A stretch of 64,000 nt of DNA, taken from Candidatus Eiseniibacteriota bacterium (GTDB taxonomy: Bacteria; Eisenbacteria; RBG-16-71-46). This document shows, one piece after another, positions 1-10,109 of the stretch. Under the pieces are notes generated by a model. The model searched no databases. It saw only the letters and a program-made list of their open reading frames with translations, and was not told the origin of the DNA. Position numbers and translations under genes: made by a program. The first letter of the stretch is position 1, and every line of letters begins with the position of its first letter. The stretch covers positions 41,512-105,511 of the forward strand of contig JBGAML010000018.1 in assembly GCA_044223005.1 (NCBI GenBank), read 5' to 3'.

Positions 1-1634
1 TCGACCTGAACGGCGCCGGCGTGTACTCGGTGAGCGGCTCCGACGAGAACGCCAAGAGCCTGTGCCTCCTCGTCAGCTACGGGAACTTCCAGGAGGAGAT
101 CAGCGGCGACCTGACCGGTGACGTCACGCTGGGCAACGACGTCGAAACGACCGTCGGCCCCGAGATGGGCCAGGTCGAGGTCTACAAGGCGCACCACCAC
201 GGCTCACGCTACTCGAACAACGACAACTGGCTGAACGCGGTGGCGGCGAAGGTCTGCGTGATCTCGTGCGGCGACGGCAACACCTACGGTCACCCGACGA
301 CCGAGGCACTGACCCGCATGCACAACCACAACATCCACACCTACTGGACCGAGACCGGCAACGGCGCGACGCCGAACGCGTCGTGGGACAAGGTCGCGCA
401 CGGCACGGTCGTGATCCAGGCGCAGCCGGGCGCCGGCGCCACGTTCACGGTGACGGGCCCGGGCATCAACGATGCCTACACGAACGACGGCGCCCTGCCG
501 CCGATCCACGCGACGCAATACCCGACGACGCTCACGATGCTCAAGGGCTCGCTCGCCACGGGTGACGTGACGCGGCTGCAGGTGTCGGACGATTCGCGCA
601 TCGGCGTGTCGGCCGGCGTCTCGAGCGGTTCGTACTGGACCGACTGGTACGCGTCGACGTTCCTCGCGCATCCGCCGCTCAACCTGACGGTCACGTTCGA
701 GGGCAGCTTCACCGTCTCGCGCACCCAGACGCTGTACGTCTACAACTTCTCGACGGCGTCGTGGACGCAGGTGAACAGCGCCACGGTGAGCACGACGGAC
801 GTGACCAAGACGTGGTCGACGTCGACGCCGGCCGCCTACGTCGGGCCGTCGAACGAGCTGCGGTTCCGCGTGACCGGCAACACCCGGACGAGCACGTACA
901 CGAGCCGCGGCGACTTCATGAAAGTCGAGTACGACTACGCGGCGGGCACCGCTCCGGCGATGGTCGCGGGGCTGCCGCCCGCGGGCGACGACGGCGCGGC
1001 GGCGACCGCGTCCGAGCCGCGCCGCACGCTGGACCCGGCGCTGATCCTGCCGCACGCGATGCTGCGTTCGGTCGACGCGCGGCCGACCGCGGCGGGCGTG
1101 GCGCTGCAGTGGTCGATCGGGATCCACGAGGATTCCGACGGCTTCAACGTGTACCGGCAGGCGGCCGACGGGTCGCTCGAGTTCGTGGGCAACGACGCCA
1201 CGTTCACGCAGGCCGGCGACATCGATCACTTCTCGTTCGTGGACGCCAGCGCCACGGATCCGGACTGCGCCTGCACGTACTGGCTCGGCGTGCGCTCGTG
1301 CTCCGCGGCCGAGGGCATGATCGGGCCGATCCGCGTGGGTGGCGCCGACGTGGCCACGCGCGTGGCGCTGGCGGCGGGTCCCAACCCGGCGCGGGATCGT
1401 TCGCGGCTGCAGTTCGCGGTCGATCAGGCGGCGGTGGTACGACTCGACGTGCTCGACATCCAGGGCCGCGTGGTCGCCTCGCCGTTCGCCGGCCGCGTCG
1501 AACCCGGCCTCCGTTCGGTGGAGTGGAACCTCTCGCGCACGGACGGCTCGCGGGTGCCGCAGGGCATCTACTTCGCGCGCCTGACGGGTGCGGGCAGCAC
1601 GCACGTCGTCCGCGTGACGGTCGTGGACCGCTGA
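1..1634 (+). CDS. 5'-truncated secreted ComEC/Rec2-like metallo-beta-lactamase-fold hydrolase with C-terminal FlgD-Ig/T9SS-type sorting domain
   Basis: Frame is open from the window edge. Motifs SGD, YKAHHHGS and ISCGDGNTYGHP match the ComEC C-terminal MBL domain. The tail reads GPNP...RLDVLDIQGRVV...GIYFARL. Confidence 0.7.
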   Translation, partial: DLNGAGVYSVSGSDENAKSLCLLVSYGNFQEEISGDLTGDVTLGNDVETTVGPEMGQVEVYKAHHHGSRYSNNDNWLNAVAAKVCVISCGDGNTYGHPTTEALTRMHNHNIHTYWTETGNGATPNASWDKVAHGTVVIQAQPGAGATFTVTGPGINDAYTNDGALPPIHATQYPTTLTMLKGSLATGDVTRLQVSDDSRIGVSAGVSSGSYWTDWYASTFLAHPPLNLTVTFEGSFTVSRTQTLYVYNFSTASWTQVNSATVSTTDVTKTWSTSTPAAYVGPSNELRFRVTGNTRTSTYTSRGDFMKVEYDYAAGTAPAMVAGLPPAGDDGAAATASEPRRTLDPALILPHAMLRSVDARPTAAGVALQWSIGIHEDSDGFNVYRQAADGSLEFVGNDATFTQAGDIDHFSFVDASATDPDCACTYWLGVRSCSAAEGMIGPIRVGGADVATRVALAAGPNPARDRSRLQFAVDQAAVVRLDVLDIQGRVVASPFAGRVEPGLRSVEWNLSRTDGSRVPQGIYFARLTGAGSTHVVRVTVVDR

Positions 1635-1656
1635 GCGCGGCCGGATGCGAAGTACG

Positions 1657-1686
1657 GCGGCCCGCCTCCTCCGGGAGGCGGGCCGC
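1657..1686. terminator. GC-rich hairpin between convergent genes, probable bidirectional terminator
   Basis: 13-bp inverted repeat GCGGCCCGCCTCC-tccg-GGAGGCGGGCCGC. Confidence 0.6.
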
Positions 1687-1689
1687 TCG

Positions 1690-3408
1690 TCATTCGGACG
1701 TGGTGGGGAGCGCGACGGCGTCGCGCACGGTCGCCACGAGGTCGGCGACGTGGAACGGCTTGGGCAGGAATCCGCAGGCGAGCGCGAACACGTCGGAGGG
1801 CTGGTCGCTCGTGTCGTAGCCGCTCATGAAGAGCACGGGGGCCCGTGAGCCTCGCGCGCGCAGCGTCTCCGCCAGCTGCCGGCCGTCCATGTGCGGCATC
1901 GTCAGGTCGGCGAGCACGAGGACGATGTTGTCGCGTCGCTGCTGCCAGATCGTGATCGCGGCCATGCCGTCCTCGGCCGCGACGACGTCGAACCCGTGCG
2001 CGCGCAGAGCCGCCGACGCCACCTGGCGCACGCCGGGTTCGTCGTCCACGACCAGGACGCAGCGGCCGGTCGCCGATGCCGTGCGGGCCGGAGCGGACGG
2101 CGCGATCGCGACCGGCAGCAGGACGCGCACGAGCGTGCCGCGGCCCACGGCCGAATCGAGGGCGATCGCGCCACCGTGCGACTGCGTCACGCCGCGCACG
2201 ACCGCGAGGCCGAGCCCGCGCCCGGCGAACTTGGTCGAGTAGAAGGGCTCGAACACGCGGTCGCGGACGTCGTCGTCCATGCCCGCCCCGGAATCCTCCA
2301 CTTCGACGAACGCGTAGTTGCCCTCCGCGCAGTCGGTCCCCGCGACGAGCCGCTGCCGCTGGGCTTCGCCCATCAGCCGGAGTCCCGTGCGGATTACGAT
2401 GCGGCCGTCATGGCCGTCGACGGCCTCGCCCGCGTTGGTGACGAGGTTGAGGACGAGCTGGCGCAGCGGGCCCGGATCGCCGTCGATGTCGGGGAGCGCG
2501 GGATCGAGGTGGATCTCCAGCCGGGTGCGCCGCGGTACGGCGGCGCTGAGCAGTTCGCGCGTGCCCTCCACGATCGTGTTCAAGGAGACGCGCTGCCGCA
2601 CGACCGGCCCGCGGCCGGCGTACGCCAGCATCTGGCCCGACAGCTCGGCCGCCCGCGCCGCGGCGTGCACGGCGCGGCGCAGGTGCGCGGCGGCGCCCGA
2701 GTCGGCAGGCAGTTCCGCGAGCGCGAGTTCGGCGTGGCCCATCACGCCGACCAGGAGGTTGTTGAACTCGTGCGCGACCCCGCCGGCCAGGCGCCCGAGG
2801 CTCTCCAGCTTCTGCGACTCGAGCATGCGGGCATCGAGCGTGCGCCGCTGCGCTTCGGCCTCGACACGGGACGTGATGTCGTTCGCGACGCCGAGCAGGA
2901 GCGGCTCGCCGGAGGCGGGATCCCGGTACAGGATCTTGTGGACGTCGAACCGGCGGAGGCCGTCGCGCGTCGACAGCGCCACTTCGTAGCGAAACGGCTC
3001 GCCCGTCGCGAACACGCGCGCGTTGCTCGCGAGCACGCCCTCGACGCGGTCCGCGTCGAGCATTTCGCTGACGTGACGCCCGGCCGTCGGGCGGCCCTCG
3101 TCGCCGAAGGCGCGCTCCCATTCGCCGTTCACGAACCGCAGGATGCCGTCGCGATCGGTGACGAAGATCGCTTCGGGCAGGTGCTCGAGGACGCTCTCCA
3201 GTGGCCGCGAGCATCCGCGCGGACAGAGCGTGGAATCGACGGGGAGCCGGGCGGCTCCGTTCACGAGGGGCGTGTTCGGCAACGGACACCTGCACAGGGG
3301 AGAGGCCGCGCCGCGTGCTGCCTGGGGCCGCGTCCTGCCGCGCCCGGGACGACCACACGCGTCGCCGGAAACGACACTAGGACCGGGCCAGAAGTACCTC
3401 AAGGACAT
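1690..3408 (-). CDS. PAS-domain hybrid sensor histidine kinase/response regulator (start uncertain)
   Basis: PAS (IFVTDRDG), H-box AGGVAHEFNNLL, N-box NLVTNA, DSGAGM, FEPFYSTK, GRGLGL, receiver VLVVDDE...DLTMP...KPF. The first ~70 aa are poorly supported, although a GAGGA lies upstream of ATG 3408. Confidence 0.85.
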   Translation of the reverse strand: MSLRYFWPGPSVVSGDACGRPGRGRTRPQAARGAASPLCRCPLPNTPLVNGAARLPVDSTLCPRGCSRPLESVLEHLPEAIFVTDRDGILRFVNGEWERAFGDEGRPTAGRHVSEMLDADRVEGVLASNARVFATGEPFRYEVALSTRDGLRRFDVHKILYRDPASGEPLLLGVANDITSRVEAEAQRRTLDARMLESQKLESLGRLAGGVAHEFNNLLVGVMGHAELALAELPADSGAAAHLRRAVHAAARAAELSGQMLAYAGRGPVVRQRVSLNTIVEGTRELLSAAVPRRTRLEIHLDPALPDIDGDPGPLRQLVLNLVTNAGEAVDGHDGRIVIRTGLRLMGEAQRQRLVAGTDCAEGNYAFVEVEDSGAGMDDDVRDRVFEPFYSTKFAGRGLGLAVVRGVTQSHGGAIALDSAVGRGTLVRVLLPVAIAPSAPARTASATGRCVLVVDDEPGVRQVASAALRAHGFDVVAAEDGMAAITIWQQRRDNIVLVLADLTMPHMDGRQLAETLRARGSRAPVLFMSGYDTSDQPSDVFALACGFLPKPFHVADLVATVRDAVALPTTSE

Positions 3409-3426
3409 AATGCGTCCTCACATGCA

Positions 3427-4023
3427 TCAGCTCCGGGCTCGCCGCTCCAGCACCGCGCGTACGTCGTCGAGCCCGGCCCCGACCGCGCGCAGGGCGACGA
3501 GCGCGTGGTAGAGAAGGTCCGCCGCCTCGGAGACGGCGCGGTCCCGATCGCCGTCCGCACACGCGACCGCGAGCTCCGCGGCTTCCTCACCGAGCTTCTT
3601 GAGGCGAAGGTTGCGGTCGGTGAGCAGCTTCTGCGTCCAGCCCGCGCCTTCCACCGCGGTCGACGCGGCGCGCCGCGCGATCACGCGATCGAGCGCCGAG
3701 AGCGCGTCGGGCTCCAGCGCGTCGTCGCGGAAACAGGAAGTGGTCCCGTCGTGACACGCGGGACCGGCCGGGTGCACGCGGGCGAGCACGGTGTCCGCGT
3801 CGCAGTCCCACGCGAGGGATACGAGCGTCTGCACGTTGCCGCTCGTGGCGCCCTTGTGCCAGAGCCCGCGCGTGCGCGAGCGGTAGTGCATCTCGCCCGT
3901 GGCAACGGTGCGCTCGAGCGCCTCGCGGTCCGCCCAGGCGAGCATGAGCACGACGCCGGTCCGGGCGTCCTGCGTGACGACGGGAACGAGTGTTCCCTCG
4001 GGGAGCGTCGTCGGATCGAACAT
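3427..4023 (-). CDS. hisIE: Bifunctional phosphoribosyl-AMP cyclohydrolase/phosphoribosyl-ATP pyrophosphatase
   Basis: [60 protein letters not shown] upstream. Confidence 0.95.
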   Translation of the reverse strand: MFDPTTLPEGTLVPVVTQDARTGVVLMLAWADREALERTVATGEMHYRSRTRGLWHKGATSGNVQTLVSLAWDCDADTVLARVHPAGPACHDGTTSCFRDDALEPDALSALDRVIARRAASTAVEGAGWTQKLLTDRNLRLKKLGEEAAELAVACADGDRDRAVSEAADLLYHALVALRAVGAGLDDVRAVLERRARS

Positions 4024-4091
4024 TCTGGTACCTCCTCGTGAGCGCGCGGTGGTCTCGGCCCGTGCGCGGCGATCGACCGAGTGATGGCGGG

Positions 4092-4865
4092 TCAGCGGGT
4101 GGGCGCGGCGGACCCGCGAACCGGGACGCCGTCCCGGGCGAGCGTGGACTTGATCTCGGCGAGCGAGACGACGCCGTCGTGCAGCACGCCGGCCAGGAGC
4201 GCCGCGTCGGCCCCGGCCTCGCGCAGCACGCTCGAGACGTGTTCCGGCGTCCCGGCGCCGCCCGAGGCGACCACCGGCACCGTGACGGCGGCGGCCACCA
4301 TGCGCGTGAGCTCGAGGTCGTAGCCATCGCGGCCGCCGTCGCGGTCGATGCTCGTGAGCAGGATCTCGCCGGCGCCGCGCCGCACGCACTCGCGCGCCCA
4401 CGCGACCGCCTCGAGCCCCGTCGGCCGCGAACCGCCGTGCGTGTACACGCGCCACGCGCCGTCCTCGCGCTGCGCGTCGATGCTCGCGACGACGCACTGC
4501 GCCCCGAAGCGGGCGGAGAGCTCGCCGATCGACTCGGGGTGGTCCACGGCCGCGGTGTTGAGGCTCACCTTGTCGGCACCGGCGCGCAGGACGCGCGCGC
4601 CGTCGTCCGCCGTGCGGATGCCGCCGCCGACCGTGAGCGGCACGAACAGCCGCTCGGCCGTGCGCCGCACGACGTCGAGCAGCGTGGCGCGCCCCTCGAG
4701 CGAGGCCGAGATGTCGAGGAAGACGATCTCGTCCGCGCCCTCGGACTCGTAGCGTGAGGCCATCGCGGCGGGCTCGCCCACGTCGCGCAGGCCTTCGAAG
4801 CGCACGCCCTTCACGGTGCGCCCATCGCGCACATCGAGGCACGCGATCACGCGGCGCGTCAGCAC
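4092..4865 (-). CDS. hisF: Imidazole glycerol phosphate synthase cyclase subunit
   Basis: [45 protein letters not shown] start overlaps hisB stop. Confidence 0.95.
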   Translation of the reverse strand: MLTRRVIACLDVRDGRTVKGVRFEGLRDVGEPAAMASRYESEGADEIVFLDISASLEGRATLLDVVRRTAERLFVPLTVGGGIRTADDGARVLRAGADKVSLNTAAVDHPESIGELSARFGAQCVVASIDAQREDGAWRVYTHGGSRPTGLEAVAWARECVRRGAGEILLTSIDRDGGRDGYDLELTRMVAAAVTVPVVASGGAGTPEHVSSVLREAGADAALLAGVLHDGVVSLAEIKSTLARDGVPVRGSAAPTR

Positions 4866-5401
4866 GAACCGTCCTCCCAGCGCACCGAACCCTTCGTACT
4901 GAAGAGCGGACCGGCTTCCGCGAGCGCGCCGCGCAGCGAGAGGCCGAGTGCCTTGAACGCGGCCTCGACCACGTGGTGCCGGTCGGTGCCGCGCAGCACG
5001 CGCACGTGCAGCGTCGTGCGCGCCTGCATCGCGAACGAGCGCAGGAAGTGGTCGTAGAGCGACGACGGCAGTGGCCCGCGGTAGTACGGCCGGCCGCCGG
5101 TGTCGAGCACCACCTGCACGAGCGCGTCGTCCATCGGGATCGTGCGCTCGGCGTAGCGGCGCGCGCGCTCGGGGACGGCCCGCGCGACGGCCTCGCCCAG
5201 CGCGATCGCGACGTCCTCGACGAGGTGGTGCTTCAGGTCGCCGCGGGCGGTCAGGGCCAGTCCCGCGCCCGCGTAGAAGGCGAGCGTCGCGAGCATGTGG
5301 TCGAGGAACGGTTCGCCGGTGGCGACCGTCACCTCGCCGCCGCCCGGCGCGAACCCCACCTCGACCCGCGTCTCCTTCGTCTCGCGCACGATCCGTTTCA
5401 T
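4859..5401 (-). CDS. hisB: Imidazoleglycerol-phosphate dehydratase (monofunctional, short)
   Basis: [44 protein letters not shown]. Confidence 0.93.
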   Translation of the reverse strand: MKRIVRETKETRVEVGFAPGGGEVTVATGEPFLDHMLATLAFYAGAGLALTARGDLKHHLVEDVAIALGEAVARAVPERARRYAERTIPMDDALVQVVLDTGGRPYYRGPLPSSLYDHFLRSFAMQARTTLHVRVLRGTDRHHVVEAAFKALGLSLRGALAEAGPLFSTKGSVRWEDGSC

Positions 5402-6108
5402 CCGGCGAACTCCTCCGCGACGGCGCGCGCATCGAGCGCGCCGGTGTAGAGCGCCATGCCGAGCACCGCGGCGGCGACGCCGCGGGATTCGAGGGCGCGA
5501 AGATCCTCCGCCGACGCGATGCCGCCGGAGGCGATGAGCGGGCACGCGGCCGCCCGGGCCGCGCGCTCCGTGAGTTCCAGTGCGGGGCCGGCGAGCCGGC
5601 CCTCGCGTTCCACCGCCGTCACGAGGATGCCCGCCAGCGGCAGCGCCGACAGCGCGCGGATCGCATCGACGGCGTCGCGATCCTGCGTGCGCGTCCAGCC
5701 GTGCGTGGCGACGCGCCCGTCGCGCGCGTCGACCGCCACGACGAGCCGGCGCGGGAACGCGCGCGCCGCCGCATCCAGCCACGCGGTGTCCTCGAGCGCG
5801 CGCGTGCCGACCACGACCCGTGCGGCGCCGCGCGCGAGCAGCCATTCGATCGCCGCCTCGTCGCGCACGCCGCCACCCACCTGCACGTCGCCGCCTTCGG
5901 CCAGCAGCGCCGCGATCACCTCGCGGTTGTCGCCGCGGCCGAGCGCGGCGTCGAGGTCGACGACGTGCAGCGTCGCGAAGCCCTGGGCGCGCCAGTGCCG
6001 CGCCGCGGCGACGGGGTCCGGGAGCCGCACGCGCTCGTCCTCGAACGCGCCGCCCACGAGTTGCACGCACGCGCCCTCGCGCAGGTCCACCGCCGGGATC
6101 GCGCGCAT
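5398..6108 (-). CDS. hisA: ProFAR isomerase
   Basis: IPAVDL, HVVDLDAA, QVGGGVR, IASGGI, GMALYTG; position in his operon. Confidence 0.93.
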   Translation of the reverse strand: MRAIPAVDLREGACVQLVGGAFEDERVRLPDPVAAARHWRAQGFATLHVVDLDAALGRGDNREVIAALLAEGGDVQVGGGVRDEAAIEWLLARGAARVVVGTRALEDTAWLDAAARAFPRRLVVAVDARDGRVATHGWTRTQDRDAVDAIRALSALPLAGILVTAVEREGRLAGPALELTERAARAAACPLIASGGIASAEDLRALESRGVAAAVLGMALYTGALDARAVAEEFAG

Positions 6109-6716
6109 CACGCGGCCCCCGCGTGGGCCGCGGCGACGAGCGAGCGCACCAGCGCGACGCCGGCGGCGGAGCTCTTCTCGGGGTGGAACTGCACGCCGAA
6201 CGTGCGGGCGACGCGCACGACGGACGCGAAGCGGTCGTCCTCGTGCCGGGTCCACGCGACGACGGCCGAGGGGTCCGCGGGCTCGCACACGAACGAGTGC
6301 GCGAAGTAGGCCGTCGCGAGTCCGCTCGCGCCGAGCCACGCGGGATCGCCCGTGGCTTCGACCGCGTTCCAGCCCATGTGCGGCAGGCGTCGCGTGCGCA
6401 GCCGGCGCACGTGCCCGGGGATCGCACCCAGGCCTTCGCCCGCGCCCTCTTCGCTGCGGTCGAAGAGCAGCTGCATGCCGAGGCAGATGCCCACGCACGG
6501 CAACCCGCTCGCGAGCGCGTCGCGCATCGCCGCGCGAGCGGGCGCCAGTGCGGCGGCCGCGGGCGCGAACGCGCCGACGCCGGGCAGCACGAGCACGTCG
6601 GTGTCGATGGCCGCGACGGGATCGGGCTCGATCCGCAGCGCGACACCCGGGGCTTCGAGCGCCTTCGCGAGCGAGTGCAGGTTCCCCGCACCGTAGTCGA
6701 ACAGCGTCACGCGCAT
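6108..6716 (-). CDS. hisH: Imidazole glycerol phosphate synthase glutaminase subunit
   Basis: DYGAGNL, LPGVGAF, GICLGMQ, PHMGWN, QFHPEKS. Confidence 0.95.
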   Translation of the reverse strand: MRVTLFDYGAGNLHSLAKALEAPGVALRIEPDPVAAIDTDVLVLPGVGAFAPAAAALAPARAAMRDALASGLPCVGICLGMQLLFDRSEEGAGEGLGAIPGHVRRLRTRRLPHMGWNAVEATGDPAWLGASGLATAYFAHSFVCEPADPSAVVAWTRHEDDRFASVVRVARTFGVQFHPEKSSAAGVALVRSLVAAAHAGAA

Positions 6717-7759
6717 GCCATGGCCTCCTCGAGCGCCGCGAGCGCGCGCTGCATCTGCGGCCACGGCGCGACCGTGATCCGCAGCGCGTCGCCGATGCCC
6801 GGAAGGTCCGCGAACGGCCGCACCGCGACGCCAAGGGTGCGCATGCGCGCCGCGATCGCCGGCGCGCCGGGCAGCGGCACGAGCAGGAAGTTGGCCGCGG
6901 ACGGCAGCGTCGGCAGGCCGCGCGCGTGCAGCTCGGCCGCGAGCCGGCCGCGCATGCGCACGGCCTCGGCCGCCTGCGACTGCACCCAGCCGAGGTCGCT
7001 CGCGATCGCTGCAGCCGCCGCGCGCTCCGCGAGTGCACCCACCTTGAACGGGCCGCGCGAGAGCTCGAGGTGCGAGACGAGGTCGGCGGCGGCGCACGCC
7101 CAGCCCACGCGCAGCCCGGCGAGCGCGAAGGCCTTGGAGAACGTGCGCGCCACGATCAGCCCCGGGCGGGCCGGCGCTTCGGCCAGCCGGCTCGTACCGC
7201 CGAAGTCCACGTACGCCTCGTCGATCACCACGATGCCCGAGGCGTTGGCGATCACGTACTCGACCGCGCGCGGATCCAGCGCCGCACCCGTGGGGTTGTT
7301 GGGTGAGCAGAGGTAGACGAGCGCCGGCGCGCCCGCGAGCAGCTCTTCCGGGTCGAACGTGCCGTCGGGCGCGAGGGGTGTGCTCGTGGACTCGATGCCG
7401 TTCATGCGCGCGAAGTAGGCGGCCATCGGGAACGTCGGCGCGAGGTGGGCGAGGCGCTCTCCGGGCCGGGCGAACGCGCGGAGCGCCGAATCGAGCACGT
7501 CGTCCGAACCGCAGCCGGTGGCGATCTCCTCGGGGCGCGCGCCCGCGTAGTCCGCGAGCGCCGCCTTGAGCGAGCCGGTGTAGGCGTCCGGGTAGCGCGT
7601 CGCGTCGTCCTCCGCGGGCGTGCGCAGGGCGGCCATCGCCGCCGGTGGGACGCCGAAGCGATTGGTGTTGTCGCTCAGGTTCACCTCGACCGGCGCCTGC
7701 GGCGGACGGTAGAGGACGAGATCGCTCCATTCGGCGCGGGTGCGGGACGGCGCGGTCAT
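6707..7759 (-). CDS. hisC: Histidinol-phosphate aminotransferase
   Basis: GSDD, LCSPNNPTG, IDEAY, RTFSKAFALAGLRVG. Confidence 0.93.
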   Translation of the reverse strand: MTAPSRTRAEWSDLVLYRPPQAPVEVNLSDNTNRFGVPPAAMAALRTPAEDDATRYPDAYTGSLKAALADYAGARPEEIATGCGSDDVLDSALRAFARPGERLAHLAPTFPMAAYFARMNGIESTSTPLAPDGTFDPEELLAGAPALVYLCSPNNPTGAALDPRAVEYVIANASGIVVIDEAYVDFGGTSRLAEAPARPGLIVARTFSKAFALAGLRVGWACAAADLVSHLELSRGPFKVGALAERAAAAAIASDLGWVQSQAAEAVRMRGRLAAELHARGLPTLPSAANFLLVPLPGAPAIAARMRTLGVAVRPFADLPGIGDALRITVAPWPQMQRALAALEEAMACA

Positions 7760-9063
7760 CGCGAGCCCTCCGCCCACGCGCGCGCCACCGCCGCGTGCGC
7801 CGGCAGGCCCTCGGCCTCGGCGAAGCGCGCGCCGTCGGTGGCGAGCGCGGCGGCGCCGGCGCGCGTGACGCGCTGCCATGCGGTCCAGCGCACGAAGTCG
7901 AGCGTCGAGAGCCCCGAGTTCGCGCGCGCGTGCCCGCCGGTGGGCAGCACGTGGTTGCCGCCGGCGAGGTAGTCGCCGAAGGGCACCGCGCTCGCGAGCC
8001 CGACGAACACCGCGCCGGTGTCACGGATGCCCGCGAGCGACGCGTCGGCGTCCGCGATCGCGAGCAGCAGGTGCTCGGCCGCATAGTCGTTCGCGAACGC
8101 CAGCGCCGCGGCGCGATCGTGCGCGCACAGCACGCCGCCGCGCGCGGCGAGCGACGCCGCGACCACGTCGCGCCGCGTCGCCGCCGCCGCCGCGCTGCGC
8201 AGGCTCGCGAGCAGCGCCGCGGCCGCGGCGTCGCCCACGGCCACCGCGAGTGCCGCGGCGTCGGGATCGTGCTCGGCCTGCGCCACCAGCTCGCGCGCGA
8301 CCGCATCGGCGTTCGCGGGCGAGTCGGCGATCGCGAGCAGTTCGCTGGGGCCCGCCGGCGAATCGATGCCGACGAGGCCCGCGACCTGGCGCTTGGCCTC
8401 GGCGACCCACGCGTTGCCCGGGCCGACGACCCGCTGCACCGCCGGCACGCTCGCGGTGCCGAACGCCATCGCGGCGATCGCGCCGGCGCCGCCGAGGGCG
8501 AACACGCGCGTCGCGCCCGCGAGCTCGGCGGCCGCGAGCACGAGCGCCGACGGCCGGCCGTCGCGCGCGGGAGGCGAGCAGACGACGATCTCGTCGACAC
8601 CCGCCACGCGCGCGGGCACGCACGCCATGAGCACGCTGCTCGGATACGCCGCGCGCCCGCCGGGCGCGTACACGCCGACGCGCGCGAGCGGATCGGGGCG
8701 GCGGCCGACCACCACGCCGGGCTCGGTCTCGACCTCGACGGCCGCGGGCCGGAACGCCTGGTGCGCGCGCTCCAAGTTGCGCGCGGCATGCGTCATCGCC
8801 GCGCGGACGTCCGGATCGAGCGCGGCCAGTGCCGCGCGCCACGCCTCGCGCGGCACCTCGAGTGCGTCGAGCGTGACACCGTCGAAGCGCGCGGCGAGGC
8901 CGCGCAGCGCGGCGTCGCCGCGCGCGCGCACATCGGCGAGGATCGCGCGCGTCCCCGATTCGACGTCCGGATCGACGCTCGCCGACGCCTGGCGCGTGGC
9001 GAGGATCTCGGGCGCGGCCACCTCGAGCGGCTCGCCGTTCCAGCGCAGTGCGAGCTCGCTCAC
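7756..9063 (-). CDS. hisD: Histidinol dehydrogenase
   Basis: GVYAPGG, YPSSVLM, GPGNAWV, DSPAGPSE, QAEHD, GDYLAGGNHVLPT. Confidence 0.96.
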   Translation of the reverse strand: MSELALRWNGEPLEVAAPEILATRQASASVDPDVESGTRAILADVRARGDAALRGLAARFDGVTLDALEVPREAWRAALAALDPDVRAAMTHAARNLERAHQAFRPAAVEVETEPGVVVGRRPDPLARVGVYAPGGRAAYPSSVLMACVPARVAGVDEIVVCSPPARDGRPSALVLAAAELAGATRVFALGGAGAIAAMAFGTASVPAVQRVVGPGNAWVAEAKRQVAGLVGIDSPAGPSELLAIADSPANADAVARELVAQAEHDPDAAALAVAVGDAAAAALLASLRSAAAAATRRDVVAASLAARGGVLCAHDRAAALAFANDYAAEHLLLAIADADASLAGIRDTGAVFVGLASAVPFGDYLAGGNHVLPTGGHARANSGLSTLDFVRWTAWQRVTRAGAAALATDGARFAEAEGLPAHAAVARAWAEGSR

Positions 9064-9926
9064 GGCATCAGCCTCTCGATGCGGGTGACGAGGATGCCCT
9101 CGGCGCCCAGGGTCTTGAGGTCGGCGATCGTGCGGTAGAGCGTCTGCGCGGGGACCACCGCGTGCACGGCGACGAAACGGCCACCGTCCAGCACCTCGGT
9201 CACGGTGGGACCGTTCAAGCCCGGCAGCACCGCGCGCACGCGTTCGAGCGCCGCGCGCGGCACGTTCGCCATCACGTAGCGCTGGCCGCGGGCGCGCAGG
9301 ACGCTCGCCAGCGCCGCGACCAGCTCGCGCAGCGAGGCGGCCCGGGCGCCGTCGCCCTCGGCGGCGCCCGGCGTGGCGACCAGGCGCGCGGTGGATTCGA
9401 GCAGCGTGTCCAGCTCGCGCAGGCCGTTCACCTTCATGGTCGAGCCGGTGGAGGTGAGGTCCACGACCACGTCGGCGATGCCGATGTGCGGCGCGATCTC
9501 GGCCGCGCCCGAGACCGGCACGATCTCCACCTGCAGCGCGCGCGACTCGAAGAACTCGCGCGTGAGCCGCGGGAACGACGTTGCGACGCGCGCGCCGCGG
9601 GGAAGCGCGGTCGTGGTGGTGGCGCCACGTTCGTCGTGCGCCGCGAGCACCAGGCGGCAGCGGCCGAAGCCGAGATCGAGCAGCGTCTCGAGCGGGCGGC
9701 CGGATTCGCGCACGAGGTCGTAGCCCGTGACGCCCACGTCGGCGGCACCGTCGGCCACGAACTCGGGGATGTCCTGGGCGCGCACGAACAGCGCTTCGAA
9801 CTGGCCGCCGAGCGAGGCGGTGAGCGCGCGCTCGGAGCCGGTCCGGATCTCGAGCCCGGCGTCGGTGAACAGTTCGCGGGCCTGCTCGGACAGACGGCCC
9901 TTGTTGGGAATCGCGATGCGCAGCAC
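9060..9926 (-). CDS. hisG: ATP phosphoribosyltransferase, long form
   Basis: IAIPNKGRL, RAQDIP, DLGFGRCRL, ATSFP, DLTSTGST, C-terminal regulatory domain (LPGLNGPTV). Confidence 0.96.
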   Translation of the reverse strand: MLRIAIPNKGRLSEQARELFTDAGLEIRTGSERALTASLGGQFEALFVRAQDIPEFVADGAADVGVTGYDLVRESGRPLETLLDLGFGRCRLVLAAHDERGATTTTALPRGARVATSFPRLTREFFESRALQVEIVPVSGAAEIAPHIGIADVVVDLTSTGSTMKVNGLRELDTLLESTARLVATPGAAEGDGARAASLRELVAALASVLRARGQRYVMANVPRAALERVRAVLPGLNGPTVTEVLDGGRFVAVHAVVPAQTLYRTIADLKTLGAEGILVTRIERLMP

Positions 9927-9942
9927 GGGACGCTCCTTCGGG

Positions 9943-9981
9943 AAAAACGAAGCGGCCCGTCCGGGGTTCCGGACGGGCCGC
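9943..9981 (-). terminator. his attenuator intrinsic terminator
   Basis: Perfect 13-bp stem (9952-9964 / 9969-9981) followed on the minus strand by TTCGTTTTT, just upstream of the hisG RBS. Confidence 0.85.
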
Positions 9982-10013
9982 AGTGCCTGCTGTTCAGTGC
10001 GGGAAGGTCGGTG

Positions 10014-10100
10014 TCAGGACGCCTTTCCGCGCATGGCGCAGGGACCACGGCCCGTGCGGGCGTGGTGCCGATGCGCATGATGGCGGAGGACGTTCGACAT
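10014..10100 (-). CDS. hisL: his operon leader peptide MSNVLRHHAHRHHARTGRGPCAMRGKAS
   Basis: 28-codon ORF with 5 His codons in 7 positions, located between a promoter and the terminator ahead of hisG. Confidence 0.85.
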   Translation of the reverse strand: MSNVLRHHAHRHHARTGRGPCAMRGKAS

Positions 10101-10109
10101 GGTCGCTCG

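Noticed and set aside
3427..8789. Long N-terminal extensions of his ORFs in the six-frame track, suggesting fusions
   Set aside because: The extensions run through neighbouring genes in other frames. True starts are at the ATGA/GTGA-type overlaps or RBS-supported codons.
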